Shown here piece by piece: positions 53,458 to 63,887 of a DNA stretch of 64,000 nucleotides. The notes beneath the pieces were generated by a model. It had not been told where the DNA came from. It searched no databases and was given only the letters and a program-made list of their open reading frames with translations. Where the stretch lies: NCBI GenBank assembly GCA_963745035.1, contig CAVUVW010000020.1, positions 84,940-148,939 on the forward strand, written 5' to 3'. Positions within the stretch are counted from its first letter, which is position 1; each line of letters starts with the position of its first letter. A program made the position numbers and the translations under genes. This DNA is from an uncultured delta proteobacterium (lineage in GTDB: Bacteria > Desulfobacterota > Binatia > UBA9968).

Positions 53458-54670
53458 TCAGATGTTGCCGGTGCGTTGCAGGAGCTGATTGACCAGGCGA
53501 TGCAGCGAGTGACTGCGGCGATCCACGCGACGAAGGACAGCCGGCCGCGTCGGCGGCTTCCGCATCGCGCTCGTCGTCGCCGAGGAACACGTGCGGCGTG
53601 AGGTCGAGGTTGAGATCGCGCTGTGCCTGAAACAGCAAGCCCGGGTCCGGCTTGCGGCACTCGCAGCCGGCATCCCAGTCGTGCGGGCAGTAGTAGATGG
53701 CGTCGATCGCTCCGCCGGCCGCGCGCGCCTCCGCCCCATCGCCTCGTGGATCGCCGTCGAGTCCGCCTCGCGTCATGGCCCCGTGCGACGCCCGCCTGGT
53801 TCGACACCACGATCACCCGGTAACCCGCCTCGTGGAACGAGCCGCAGCGCCTCGAGCGAGCCCGGCAGCCACTCGAACTCTCGCCAGGTCCGGACGTACT
53901 CGGCCTGCGGCGGCCGCTGGTTGAGCACGCCGTCGCGATCCAGGATCACCGTGGGCGTGCCGGCGGAAAAACGCTCGGTGAGCGGCAGCCGGTCGGCGAG
54001 CCCACGCTGTAGTAGCGGTGATCGGTGACATACGCCACCAGCTGGTGCTCGCGCGCCAGCGCGGGTAGAGCGCTTCTCGATGAGCAGTCGTCGCCTCGGG
54101 CAGCAGATCGAGCAGATCGCGTCGAAGAATGGCGTAGCTGATCTCGACGCCGCAGACCCCGGCGTCGTCCGGCTCCGGTCGAAGACTCGACACCAAGCCG
54201 TCGGGGTCGACCCACGCTGTCGCGCGAGTAGCCGTCCTTGTTGCTGTAAACGGTCGATCAGGGCCGGCGCACCGACGTCTCGATAGCGCTCCCACATGCG
54301 GTCGAACAGCATCGGCCAGTAGTTGTCGCAGTACATCAGCAGGAAGCGCGGATCGATGCGGCTCAGCCTTGACGCGGCTGCCGGTATCGTCTTCAACGGC
54401 CGAAACCGAGTACTCGATCTTTACCCCCCACCGGCTGCCGTCACCGAAGTAGTCCTGAACCACCTCGGGCAGGTATCCGAGCAGCAACAAAACGCGCTCG
54501 AATCCTTGATCCCGAAGCTGTTCGATCGGGTAAGAGAAACGGCTACCGTGGATCTCGACCATCGGCTTCGGCTGGGTGTCCGTGATCGGACCCAGGCGCG
54601 TCCCCCGGCCTCCAGCCAGAATCACGGCCTGAGTGGGACGTTGTTGGGACTTGGGAAGATCGCGTGGCAT
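53458..54670 (-). CDS. Sugar-phosphate nucleotidyltransferase (HddC-like) fused to HAD-IIIA GmhB-like phosphatase (many frameshifts)
   Basis: [14 protein letters not shown]; ILDRDGVLN; VSNQAG; YYCPH...CECRKP; GDDERD. Confidence 0.75.
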
Positions 54671-54777
54671 AAGAAGAGTGTGACCGACCAAGCGGGGCGC
54701 TTCCGAAAAGCGTGGCGTGACACGCCCGCACCTTCGCTTAAAGTACGGAATGTCTTGTCGGATCAGAGCTGGTTGAA

Positions 54778-55416
54778 CTACGGATGCTGCGCGAGGCTGA
54801 TTCGGTCAAGAGTTGAAAATCGGGAGTGCTGCTTTGTACGCTGCTTGTCGTGACTGGTGATGTATCGAAGCACCACCTTTACATTTTTGACAAATCCTCT
54901 GCCGAGTCTATGTTCAAATGGGAAAGACCAGCGGCATATCTATCGGTTTCCGTCAAGAATTCTTTCCAATGGTCCAGTTTCCACCGATCTCTTTTTTCCC
55001 CCCTGGACTGAAGGCGGCTACGCACAGTCTTTCGGAGCAGCGACATCTAATAACGATAAGTTTCGCTTTCGTTCGTACCGCCACACTCTTGATCAACCTG
55101 CGCCACCTGGAGTTCTGCATCTCTTTCACGTGAGGCGCGTCGAGGAGACTGAATTGCCCCGCTTCAAGTTCTCCTCGACAATGGTGTAAAGCGCCTGGTA
55201 GAAATGGGGGCGCAACTTCTGATAGGCTCGGCCGTTCCTCGTATGCGGGAAAAAGGCATCTACAATGTGATTATTATCGAGATACACCGCCCAGAGACGG
55301 CGAAGAATTTCTCTCGCCAGGGTGGTCTTTCCGGAACCGGCCACTCCCATGATCAGAATCAGACAGGGTTGCGAAAGATGCCGTTTCCGATCCCGTCTAC
55401 CGGCGCGGCCATTCAT
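54778..55416 (-). CDS. P-loop (AAA_33/gluconokinase-like) small-molecule kinase (frameshifted)
   Basis: MGVAGSGKTTLA; the V-L-D Walker B region is broken by an indel near 55145. Confidence 0.7.
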
Positions 55417-56048
55417 CAGGCTTCCGCGGGTTGGGCCTCTCGAACACGGCCCGACCCGGCCGGTTGAGCCTGCATGAGACAGGTCGTCAAGATGTGGCAT
55501 AGCAGCGAATGACCGCTTTCGACCAGCCCGTAGGCTCCTTTCTCGGTGCGGAGCCAGAGGTAATCATCCACTTTGTCTTTCAGCGCGCCGCCGTCGAATC
55601 CGAGAAAACCGATGGTGAACACTCCTTGGCGGCGCGCAAACTCGACCGCTTCGACCAGATTCGGCGAATTGCCGCTGGCCGAAAGAACCACCAGAACGTC
55701 TCCCGGTCGGGCAAAATTTTCCAACTGCCCGGAAAACACCCGGCCATAACCCTCATCGTTGGCCAATGCCGTCAGCCAGGAAACGTTATCGCTCAAGCTC
55801 ATCACGCGCAGAGGCGTTTCTCCGGAGCATTTTGTCGCCTTGCCCAGATCATTCACCCAATGGGAAGCCGTGGCCGCGCTGCCGCCGTTCCCGGCGACGT
55901 AAATCGTTGAGCCGCGGTTACCCGCATTTCGTAAGCATTGCACGATTCGTCCGATCGACTCCGCGTCGATTTGGCGCAAAAGCGATTCGAATGCTCGCAC
56001 GTAATCGATGGTGATCTGCTTCGTTTGCGACACATCTCCACTGTTCAC
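55416..56048 (-). CDS. gmhA: SIS-domain sedoheptulose-7-phosphate isomerase
   Basis: GNGGSAA.ASH, TALAND, SASGNSPN, GFDGG, VESGH. Confidence 0.88.
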   Translation of the reverse strand: MNSGDVSQTKQITIDYVRAFESLLRQIDAESIGRIVQCLRNAGNRGSTIYVAGNGGSAATASHWVNDLGKATKCSGETPLRVMSLSDNVSWLTALANDEGYGRVFSGQLENFARPGDVLVVLSASGNSPNLVEAVEFARRQGVFTIGFLGFDGGALKDKVDDYLWLRTEKGAYGLVESGHSLLCHILTTCLMQAQPAGSGRVREAQPAEA

Positions 56049-56225
56049 GGTGCAGCCTCCTTTTCCCTGAAACTCCCTCGAGAACCGAGAGAACTGATCA
56101 TTTTTATCTGTAAGGCGGGTTTAAAATGACAGAATCACCACTAGCCGCTTAGCGTGGCTTGGTTGGGCGGTGGTGATCCCTCACCCGAACGCCCAGTCAC
56201 CAGATGTGCAAGTGAGATCTGTGTT

Positions 56226-57404
56226 CTACCGTTTGAAAAAAATGAGTCGACCGATATAAGCGGGGTCACACAGAATAGCCGTCGCTGCCGCGCGAGCCGC
56301 AACTGGGTAAGAACGCGTACGCCAAAGAGCGGATGCCGCTCCTCGCCAGATACTTGCGGCCAGGAGTCGACGTGCCCTTAACCCTTTCCATGGACCGTCG
56401 ATTAGAGCGGCTGTCCTTATCTCCTTCCAAAAGCTCCGGACAGTGGAAATTGGCGTACTGGAATGCAGTGCAAGTTTATGCGCTATACTATGCAGGTTTT
56501 CCGTCCATGCTGGTTCAGAAACCATCCACGGATATTTATCGAGCGTCGATAGCAAATACTCGTGCACATCACCGACAGTCTCGGTTCGCCATCGTTGCCT
56601 GATGATCGTTGAAAATAATGCAACGCGTGCCTGCCGTCGTAGAGATTCCTTGCTCTCATCATTTGGTAGCATAGCCAACGCACGTTCGACGATGTGAGGA
56701 AGCACTCGCTCGTTATTCCGATTTTTAATGTTAGTATTCCATTTTCCAGATTTCGAAAATCGTCCGTGTCCGACCACAACCGGCATAAACAGAAATCGGA
56801 CGTGAAAAGCCAGGCGGAGATACATGTCGTAATGCTCCATCGTTGGAAGACTCTCGTCGAAGTAACCGGCCTGATGAAATGCTTCGCGGCGGACTAATAA
56901 AGCATCCGGCGACATGAAATCGTCTGTGAGCAAAAGCAATTCTCCGAAAACATTACCCGACGGAGCCGACTTTGGCCAAGCGTCAGTGGTAGCATCGCCA
57001 CTGATGGAGATCTGACCGTATACCACACCGACATCCGGACGACTCTCCAGCAGCGGCACTTGTAGCTTCAACTTGTGGGGGAGGAATAGATCATCATCAT
57101 CAAGAAAGGCGATATATTCCCCTTTGGCGGCCTTAATGCCAGCGTTTCGTGCCGCCGAAGCACCTTGGTTCTTATCGAACCTTATGAAATGAACGTCTGG
57201 AAACCGCCGAGGCAGATCAGGTGTTTCGTCAGACGATGCATCGTCTACGACGATAATTTCCACGTCGAAGATCTCGCCTGTTCCTTCCTGCTCGGCAACC
57301 GAATTGATCGCCTCCTGGACGAACTGAAATCGGTTATGAGTAGGAATGATTACGCTGACCAGCGGGCGGAGTCTTGATTCTCTCGTGTTTTGTTTTGAGC
57401 CCAT
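56226..57404 (-). CDS. Glycosyltransferase family 2
   Basis: VSVIIPTHNR, VVDDAS, AARNAGI, FLDDDD. Confidence 0.92.
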   Translation of the reverse strand: MGSKQNTRESRLRPLVSVIIPTHNRFQFVQEAINSVAEQEGTGEIFDVEIIVVDDASSDETPDLPRRFPDVHFIRFDKNQGASAARNAGIKAAKGEYIAFLDDDDLFLPHKLKLQVPLLESRPDVGVVYGQISISGDATTDAWPKSAPSGNVFGELLLLTDDFMSPDALLVRREAFHQAGYFDESLPTMEHYDMYLRLAFHVRFLFMPVVVGHGRFSKSGKWNTNIKNRNNERVLPHIVERALAMLPNDESKESLRRQARVALFSTIIRQRWRTETVGDVHEYLLSTLDKYPWMVSEPAWTENLHSIAHKLALHSSTPISTVRSFWKEIRTAALIDGPWKGLRARRLLAASIWRGAASALWRTRSYPVAARAAATAILCDPAYIGRLIFFKR

Positions 57405-57460
57405 CTTGAGTGTTATCTCAATTTATTAAAGGCCGTCGATAAAGCGGATAGGCATGATCG

Positions 57461-58480
57461 TCAGATTGTGGCTTCCTTCACGGCCCGCGCCCCAATCAAG
57501 ACCTGGTAATGAATGTCCCGTTCTAACAGTTTACGTCTGTCCAACTCCTCCACTGCGATTCCTTCGAGGAAAGCGACTGCTGCATACACGTTCCCGAAGG
57601 TCTCGACCTTGACATTTGATTTCGGGAAACATTCCTCAAGTAGTCTCTGGATAGCAAGACTCGTGAAACGCCAATAACTTCCATAGTGCTGCCAGTCATA
57701 GCGACCGACGCGCGAGATTCCTCCACCGGTCAACAAGAGAACTCCGCCGGGTTTTAAAATCCGATGGAGCGTTTTCACCCCTGCGTGAACATCATAAAGA
57801 AACCCCAGCATCTGTGTGCATATGATGCAGTCGAAAATATTTGACGGAATATGACTCGCGGCGGCGAGATCACCGACGATCGTCGCCCGCTTATTTGTCT
57901 CCTTCAAGTCCATGACGTCGCTTTGCGTAACCTTGCCGCCACCGAATTTTCGCGTGTAATTTCTATCGCCGAACTCGAGTACGCGCCCCTTAATGTCTCC
58001 CGCCTGCTGCGCCAGTAAATTTTCGATGTAAAGACGGTCAACAGGCTGGCCCCGATCAGAGCCAAACTCGTCGCTGATCGGCTGCGTACGGTCGAAACTG
58101 CCAAAATGCACCCACCCCACTGGCGGTGAAAGGGTGTAGCGGTGTTTCGTTTTGCGGATAAAAGGGACGACCAACCGCGCGAAGCTCGAGAGGCGTCCGC
58201 CACTGATCTGATCCGCCCGGGTCTTTTGAAGCGTGGCTGGCATCGATACGACCACATCTCGGATCGTCTTGCGAAATCGGTTGGCAATGGTCCCGACAGC
58301 TCCGACTCGGATCACGTCTAGGTCTTTCCCCTGCCCTACGTCAGCCTCCATGGTGAGTGGCATGTCGACGAGCGAGCATATGGCTTGCAGGGCGTTCATA
58401 ACGTCAGCTTGCGTTAATAGATCAATCACTAAACATTCGTTCCTTTCGATGAGCAGTGTTTTATACAAAGACTCACGCAA
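57461..58480 (-). CDS. Class I SAM-dependent methyltransferase; start uncertain
   Basis: FG.DRGQPVDR.YIE, VLEFG, FDCIICTQ, RILKPGG. Confidence 0.85.
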   Translation of the reverse strand: MRESLYKTLLIERNECLVIDLLTQADVMNALQAICSLVDMPLTMEADVGQGKDLDVIRVGAVGTIANRFRKTIRDVVVSMPATLQKTRADQISGGRLSSFARLVVPFIRKTKHRYTLSPPVGWVHFGSFDRTQPISDEFGSDRGQPVDRLYIENLLAQQAGDIKGRVLEFGDRNYTRKFGGGKVTQSDVMDLKETNKRATIVGDLAAASHIPSNIFDCIICTQMLGFLYDVHAGVKTLHRILKPGGVLLLTGGGISRVGRYDWQHYGSYWRFTSLAIQRLLEECFPKSNVKVETFGNVYAAVAFLEGIAVEELDRRKLLERDIHYQVLIGARAVKEATI

Positions 58481-58504
58481 GTAATTTTATTTCAGCGGGT
58501 AGGA

Positions 58505-59560
58505 TCACTCCGGAGGAACGGCAAGCACATTTCGCAGCCGGCTCGCATCTAAATTCTCCAGTAATCTTCGCATGGCCGGCTCTTGCAGCTCCAGAAAATA
58601 TTTGTAACCAAAATCTTGTAGGCAGTCAACAATAGTGTCTCTGGCAATCCCAGCAGCGTTCATGGATAAGGGATTGATTTCAAACATGATGTACGGCTTC
58701 CGCATTCGGATCATGGCGCTTGCGCCTCGTAGAAAGGCCAGCTCACTCCCTTCAACGTCGAGCTTAACAAAGATTTTCCCAGGGAACGTTTGCCAATACA
58801 CGGCATCGTCAAACCGCTTGACAGCAACAGAAAGTCTCCGGTGTGCGGCCGTCGCGGAAAATCTCGGGAACATTCCCGCACTGCCTGATGTCGCGGAAGG
58901 AATATACAGATCGGCTGAACCGTTGAGGTCTCCGCAGGCAATACTGTGTACCTGGTAGTTACACAACGCGTTAGCTTCCAGGGATTTCTGCAATAACCAA
59001 GCGAGACGAGGTTGGGGTTCAAAAGCTACAACCAGACCGCTTGGACCGACCAGTTTGGCAGCGGCAAGAGAAAAACTGCCATGATTTGCGCCTACGTCTA
59101 CAAAGGTATCACCAACCGAAAGATATGATTTCAAGACTTGCGTGTCAGAATTGGCATCCAGCAATTCATTCGGGACCTGCAACATACGTGGGTCGCTCAG
59201 GTCCAGACATATCTTGGTGTTTCCTAAGTCAAGACTAATATAGTCCTTAAGCATCAAGAGGCGGTTGAGCAAAATAGCCGCTTTCAAAGCCCGTTCCCCA
59301 CCGATAATGCGAGCTCGCCAATGTCTTTGCAGAGAACAGTATAGGGCGAATAGACGGAATGGCGCGGGTAGCTGACGCTTAAGAGATTCGTTGTAAAGCC
59401 ACGACACGACTCGGTGACGGTAAAGCCAGTCTCCTGCACCTTCGTGACGAGTGAGATATGTTTGTTCCCGTGCAACAACCAACGCGCGGTCCAATAGCCG
59501 CCCGGAATTCGCTTCACGGTCATTTTTAGCCGCTCGGCCCCAGTTTTCATCTGTACGCAA
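58505..59560 (-). CDS. FkbM family methyltransferase
   Basis: FVDVGANHG, AFEPQP, KLDVEGSE. Confidence 0.92.
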   Translation of the reverse strand: MRTDENWGRAAKNDREANSGRLLDRALVVAREQTYLTRHEGAGDWLYRHRVVSWLYNESLKRQLPAPFRLFALYCSLQRHWRARIIGGERALKAAILLNRLLMLKDYISLDLGNTKICLDLSDPRMLQVPNELLDANSDTQVLKSYLSVGDTFVDVGANHGSFSLAAAKLVGPSGLVVAFEPQPRLAWLLQKSLEANALCNYQVHSIACGDLNGSADLYIPSATSGSAGMFPRFSATAAHRRLSVAVKRFDDAVYWQTFPGKIFVKLDVEGSELAFLRGASAMIRMRKPYIMFEINPLSMNAAGIARDTIVDCLQDFGYKYFLELQEPAMRRLLENLDASRLRNVLAVPPE

Positions 59561-60856
59561 TTAGGATAATTGATTTGCTCTACAACCCGACCCTAGATGT
59601 ATCGCGGGGTCTGCATCATTCCGAAGCACCCATTCTTGAGGAACAACAACTTTGCCCTGGCTGGCAAGTTTACCGGTACCATAGAAGTCACCATCCACGA
59701 CATTAACGACAAGGGCGAACTCCACCCAATCAGCGGCCGCCTTTTGAACTTCACAATACAAGTTGCCATTGTAGCGCCGGGCCCGCAGTGGGAACCTTTT
59801 GATTTCGCAGACAAACACTCCTCGTTCGGACACGATATCGAAATTCTGCCCGACCATCTCCGTGCCACAATTAACGATTGGATCACCTACCTGCTCATAA
59901 AGATTGAAAGCCACATGTACACAGCGCAAAGGTTTCGGAGCCCTATAGGCAAAACAAAATCGCACATCTTCCCCGACAATCACGTTGTCTATTCGCAGAC
60001 CGTCCTTATTCTCGATCCAATGATCGGTGAAACGAAGCTGTCCTTCGCCATGACGATCGGTGCGTTCAGCAAGAGGCTGCAAGGAACCGTCACGTACGTC
60101 AGCAAAATAAGCGGTAATCGCTTCCAGAATTGGAGTATCAGCGGCGATGCGTCCTTTCGATAAATAGATGCCACGGCTGCAAAGTGCTTGCATCGCTACC
60201 ATGTTGTGACTCACGAAGAGCACCGTTCGTCCCTGGTTTGCCATTCCCTCCATCTTGCCCAAACATTTTCTCTGAAATGCCGTGTCCCCCACCGCCAACA
60301 CCTCGTCAACAATCAAAATCTCCGGTTCTAAATGGGCGGCGACTGCGAAGCCAAGCCGGATGTACATGCCGCTGGAATAGCGCTTCACCGGCGTGTCGAT
60401 GAATTGTTCAATCTCGGCAAACGCCACGATCTCGTCGAACTTGCGGTCGATCTCCGCCTTCTTCATGCCCAGCATGGCGCCGTTGAGATAGATGTTCTCG
60501 CGGCCCGAAAGCTCTCCATGAAAACCCGTGCCCACCTCCAGCAGCGAGCCCACCCGTCCTTGAATCGTCGCCCGGCCTTGGGTCGGCTCGGTGATGCGGG
60601 AAAGAATCTTCAGCAGTGTGCTCTTGCCGGCGCCGTTGCTCCCGATAATGCCGAGCACCTCGCCATGCTTGACCTCGAAAGATACGTCTTTTAACGCCCA
60701 GAAGGTCTCTTCCTTTTGATGGCTGCGGCCATTGCGCCGAAAAAGCGATCGAACGTTATCGGCGATCTCGTCGCGCAAGGTTCGATATCGTTGGCGGACC
60801 GAATTGATCCGGTATCGTTTCGATAAATTGTGTACTTGGATTGCAACCTCGTTCAT
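59561..60856 (-). CDS. wzt: Polysaccharide ABC exporter ATPase with C-terminal carbohydrate-binding domain
   Basis: GSNGAGKS, YSSGM, DEVLAVGD, VSH, plus a C-terminal beta-domain. Confidence 0.93.
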   Translation of the reverse strand: MNEVAIQVHNLSKRYRINSVRQRYRTLRDEIADNVRSLFRRNGRSHQKEETFWALKDVSFEVKHGEVLGIIGSNGAGKSTLLKILSRITEPTQGRATIQGRVGSLLEVGTGFHGELSGRENIYLNGAMLGMKKAEIDRKFDEIVAFAEIEQFIDTPVKRYSSGMYIRLGFAVAAHLEPEILIVDEVLAVGDTAFQRKCLGKMEGMANQGRTVLFVSHNMVAMQALCSRGIYLSKGRIAADTPILEAITAYFADVRDGSLQPLAERTDRHGEGQLRFTDHWIENKDGLRIDNVIVGEDVRFCFAYRAPKPLRCVHVAFNLYEQVGDPIVNCGTEMVGQNFDIVSERGVFVCEIKRFPLRARRYNGNLYCEVQKAAADWVEFALVVNVVDGDFYGTGKLASQGKVVVPQEWVLRNDADPAIHLGSGCRANQLS

Positions 60857-60977
60857 CTTTGGACCCAATCGCAAAGCGCAAGGCGCCAAGCGTTATTCTC
60901 CTTTGTAGTGATATTGCGCGGCAGAGTTGATTTACGCTTGATCTATCCGCTCTGTCGGGCGAGCTTCTGCTTCGTCG

Positions 60978-61832
60978 CTACACCACGTCCGCGAAGGTGC
61001 GTTCCATCCGCTTGAAGTAGATCAAGCCGGTGCAGAATAGGATGGCGACCACAGTGGCGCTCACGGCAATCGCCGCAAAGTCCGGGCTTTCCTTTCCCAA
61101 AAGCGCCCAACGAAACCCTTCGATGACGCCGGCGAGAGGATTGAGACTATAAAGCAATCGCCACTGCTCCGGCACGACGCTGAGCGGATAACCGATGGGG
61201 GATGCGAACATCCATAATTGAATCAAAAACGGAATCGCATGAGTAACGTCTCTATATTTAACATTGAGCGCCGAAAGCCACAGACCTACCGCGAGCGCCG
61301 TGCCCAACGCGAAAAGCAAAAAGAGCGGCAAAGCCAGGATGCCCCAGGTCGGATAGACACCAAACCAAACCATCATGACGATCAAGAGCGTGAACGCCGT
61401 CGCGAAATCCACTAACCCCGAGACGGTAGCCGAAACCGGCACGATGAGCCTTGGAAAATAAATCTTTTTGAGGACATTGGCTTGCCCGACAATACTGAGA
61501 CTCGAGCGCTGGACGGCGCCGGCAAACAAGCTCCAGGGCAAGAGAGCCGCATAAGCGAAGATAGGATACGGTAATCCATCCGACGGGACTTTGGCGAATT
61601 TGCTAAACACCACCACGAAGATAAGCATCGTCAAGAAAGGTTGAAGGACCGCCCACAATGCGCCGATCGCGGTCTGCTTATAGCGCACCTTGACGTCGCG
61701 CCAGACCAGGAAGTACGCCAGCTCTCGGTATTCCCATAGCTCCCGCAAATTGAGGGAAATCCAGCCGCGGGACGGCTCGATACAGACAATCGGAAGCGAT
61801 GCCGTTTGCGCTGGCGCATCAGTTGTAGCCAT
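60978..61832 (-). CDS. wzm: Polysaccharide ABC exporter permease
   Basis: RDVKVRYKQT..G.LW, KIYFPR, YRD, LNPL. Confidence 0.93.
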   Translation of the reverse strand: MATTDAPAQTASLPIVCIEPSRGWISLNLRELWEYRELAYFLVWRDVKVRYKQTAIGALWAVLQPFLTMLIFVVVFSKFAKVPSDGLPYPIFAYAALLPWSLFAGAVQRSSLSIVGQANVLKKIYFPRLIVPVSATVSGLVDFATAFTLLIVMMVWFGVYPTWGILALPLFLLFALGTALAVGLWLSALNVKYRDVTHAIPFLIQLWMFASPIGYPLSVVPEQWRLLYSLNPLAGVIEGFRWALLGKESPDFAAIAVSATVVAILFCTGLIYFKRMERTFADVV

Positions 61833-62447
61833 GGATCGATCCTTTTGCGAGCGCGTTTCTGGACTCGAGGAGTTTAACCAACGTTTTAAAAATCAACATA
61901 ATGTCGAAGTAAAGCGATGACTGATTCATATAGTCTCTGGCCAGCCGGATCTTCTCCGGCAAGACCCGCTTGACATACTCCTCCTCAGGGTTCTCCGCTT
62001 GTCCGAGGATCGCGGCTTCGTCACGGTATTGAGCGATGCCAGATCGGTGATGCCCGGACGTATCTGCAAAATTTCTTCATAGTCTTTGCGAAACAATTCC
62101 ACGTAACGCGGCACTTCCGGACGCGGTCCAACCAGGCTCATGTCCCCCTTGAGCACGTTGATAAGCTGAGGAAGCTCATCCAGCTTGGTCTGGCGTAAAA
62201 ATTGTCCCACGCGCGTGATGCGCGGATCTCTTCCCGCGGTTATGGACATTCCCAGGGCGGGGGCGTCCTCTACCATGGTGCGAAATTTGTAAATGAAAAA
62301 CGGGCGAAATCCTCTGCCCATTCTTCGCTGCTTAAAGAAGATCGGCCCCGGCGAGTCCCATTTGATCGCCACGGCCACGACCGGCAACAAGGGCAGGACA
62401 ACGACGAGTCCCGTCAACGAAACCATGATGTCGAATGCTCGTTTCAT
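61819..62447 (-). CDS. Bacterial sugar transferase (initiating phosphoglycosyltransferase); 1-nt frameshift near 62030
   Basis: KRAFD, KFRTM, DPRITRVG, KLDELPQ, GDMSLVGPRP; YRDEA...EEEY continues in another frame. Confidence 0.9.
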
Positions 62448-62521
62448 CACAAAGAACGGAAGTTGCCTTGACGCCTTTGCACCATGGCACGCCATGCCTC
62501 TTGGTCCGCGGCACTGAGATG

Positions 62522-63682
62522 CTAGCGGCGGTATTGCCGCGCGGTGGTTTTCACGGCGTCGATGACTCGTTCGACATCCGACTCGGACATCTTGGGATAG
62601 ATCGGCAGAGAAAAGATTCGTTCGAAGACTGCGCTCGCGTTCGGAAAGTCCGCCGGTTTATAGCCGAACTTGTCGCGGTAATAGGGATGAAGGTGCAACG
62701 GGATGAAATGCACCGACGTGCCGATTTCTTTTTCGCGCAAGGCTTCGAGGAACCGGTTGCGATCGGCGTTGAGATGATCCAACTCGAGCTGGATCACAAA
62801 AAGATGCCACGCGTGCTGCACGTCTGCCGGGCAGGCGGGGAGCTGGACCCCGTCGAGCTCTGCGAAGGCATTCGCGTAAATCATCGCGATGCGTTGCCTG
62901 GCTTGCCAGAAGTCGCTGCATTTCTTTAGCTGTTCGCTGCCGATGGCGGCCGCAAGATCCGTCAAGTTGTACTTGAATCCGGGATAGAGAACTTCGTAGT
63001 ACCACGAGCCTTCCTTCGTGTAGCGTTTCCAGGCGTCGTGACTGATTCCATGAAGGCTCATGATCCGCATCCGCTCGGCCCATTGTGGATTCTCCGTGGT
63101 CGCCATGCCACCCTCGCCGGTGGTGATGGTTTTGGTCGCGTAGAAAGAAAAGCAGGTGATATCGCCGACCGTGCCTACGGTGCGGCCGCGATAAGCGGCG
63201 GGCAGCGCGTGAGCCGCATCTTCGATGACTCTCAAATCGTGTTTTCTGGCGATTTTCAAGATTTCATCCATATCGCACGGGAGGCCCGCCATATGAACGG
63301 GAACAATCGCCTTGGTTCTGGGAGTAATCGCGGCTTCGATCTTAGCCGGATCCAAGTTGAGAGTATCGCGCTCACAGTCCACCAGCACCGGCTTGGCTTT
63401 GAAGTATAAAACGACCTCCGCCGTCGCGGTGAAAGTCATCGTGGGAACGATGACCTCGTCGCCTTCTTCGATGCCGACGGCATCGAGCGCCAGATGAAGA
63501 GCCGCGGTTCCGGAATTGACGGCGATGGCATGCTTGGACCCGACATACCGCGCGAAATCCTCTTCGAAGCTCTTGACCTTGGAACCGGTCGTAAGCCAGC
63601 CGGATTTGAGCGTCTCGACCACCGAGCGCACCTCTTCCTCGCCGATGGCGGGCTTATGGAAGGGAATAAATTCGCTGTGCAT
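62522..63682 (-). CDS. DegT/DnrJ/EryC1/StrS sugar aminotransferase
   Basis: NSGTAALH, EDAAHA, SFYATKTITTGEGG. Confidence 0.95.
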   Translation of the reverse strand: MHSEFIPFHKPAIGEEEVRSVVETLKSGWLTTGSKVKSFEEDFARYVGSKHAIAVNSGTAALHLALDAVGIEEGDEVIVPTMTFTATAEVVLYFKAKPVLVDCERDTLNLDPAKIEAAITPRTKAIVPVHMAGLPCDMDEILKIARKHDLRVIEDAAHALPAAYRGRTVGTVGDITCFSFYATKTITTGEGGMATTENPQWAERMRIMSLHGISHDAWKRYTKEGSWYYEVLYPGFKYNLTDLAAAIGSEQLKKCSDFWQARQRIAMIYANAFAELDGVQLPACPADVQHAWHLFVIQLELDHLNADRNRFLEALREKEIGTSVHFIPLHLHPYYRDKFGYKPADFPNASAVFERIFSLPIYPKMSESDVERVIDAVKTTARQYRR

Positions 63683-63734
63683 GAGAGGTTTTACCTCAAT
63701 GGATCCGTGAGAAGTGAGTCGCGACCGGGTTCGT

Positions 63735-63887
63735 CTAGAAAAGCGTGTAGATAAACGGCGCGACGGCAGAGCCCGAAGTAAAGACGATCAGGCTTCCCAG
63801 CAATACCACACAGACGATAATCGGCAGGAGCCAGAATTTTTTCCGCTCCCTCATGAACGACCAAAGCTCTAGTATGAATTCACCCAT
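63735..63887 (-). CDS. DUF5989 family small membrane protein
   Basis: MGEFILELWSFMRERKKFWLLPII...SAVAPFIYTLF; GAGG RBS; below the ORF-track cutoff. Confidence 0.85.
   Translation of the reverse strand: MGEFILELWSFMRERKKFWLLPIIVCVVLLGSLIVFTSGSAVAPFIYTLF

Noticed and set aside
44249-62447. Programmed frameshifting or phase variation in glycan genes
   Set aside because: Indels are numerous and scattered, not at long homopolymer or slippery tracts; long-read error is the simpler explanation.
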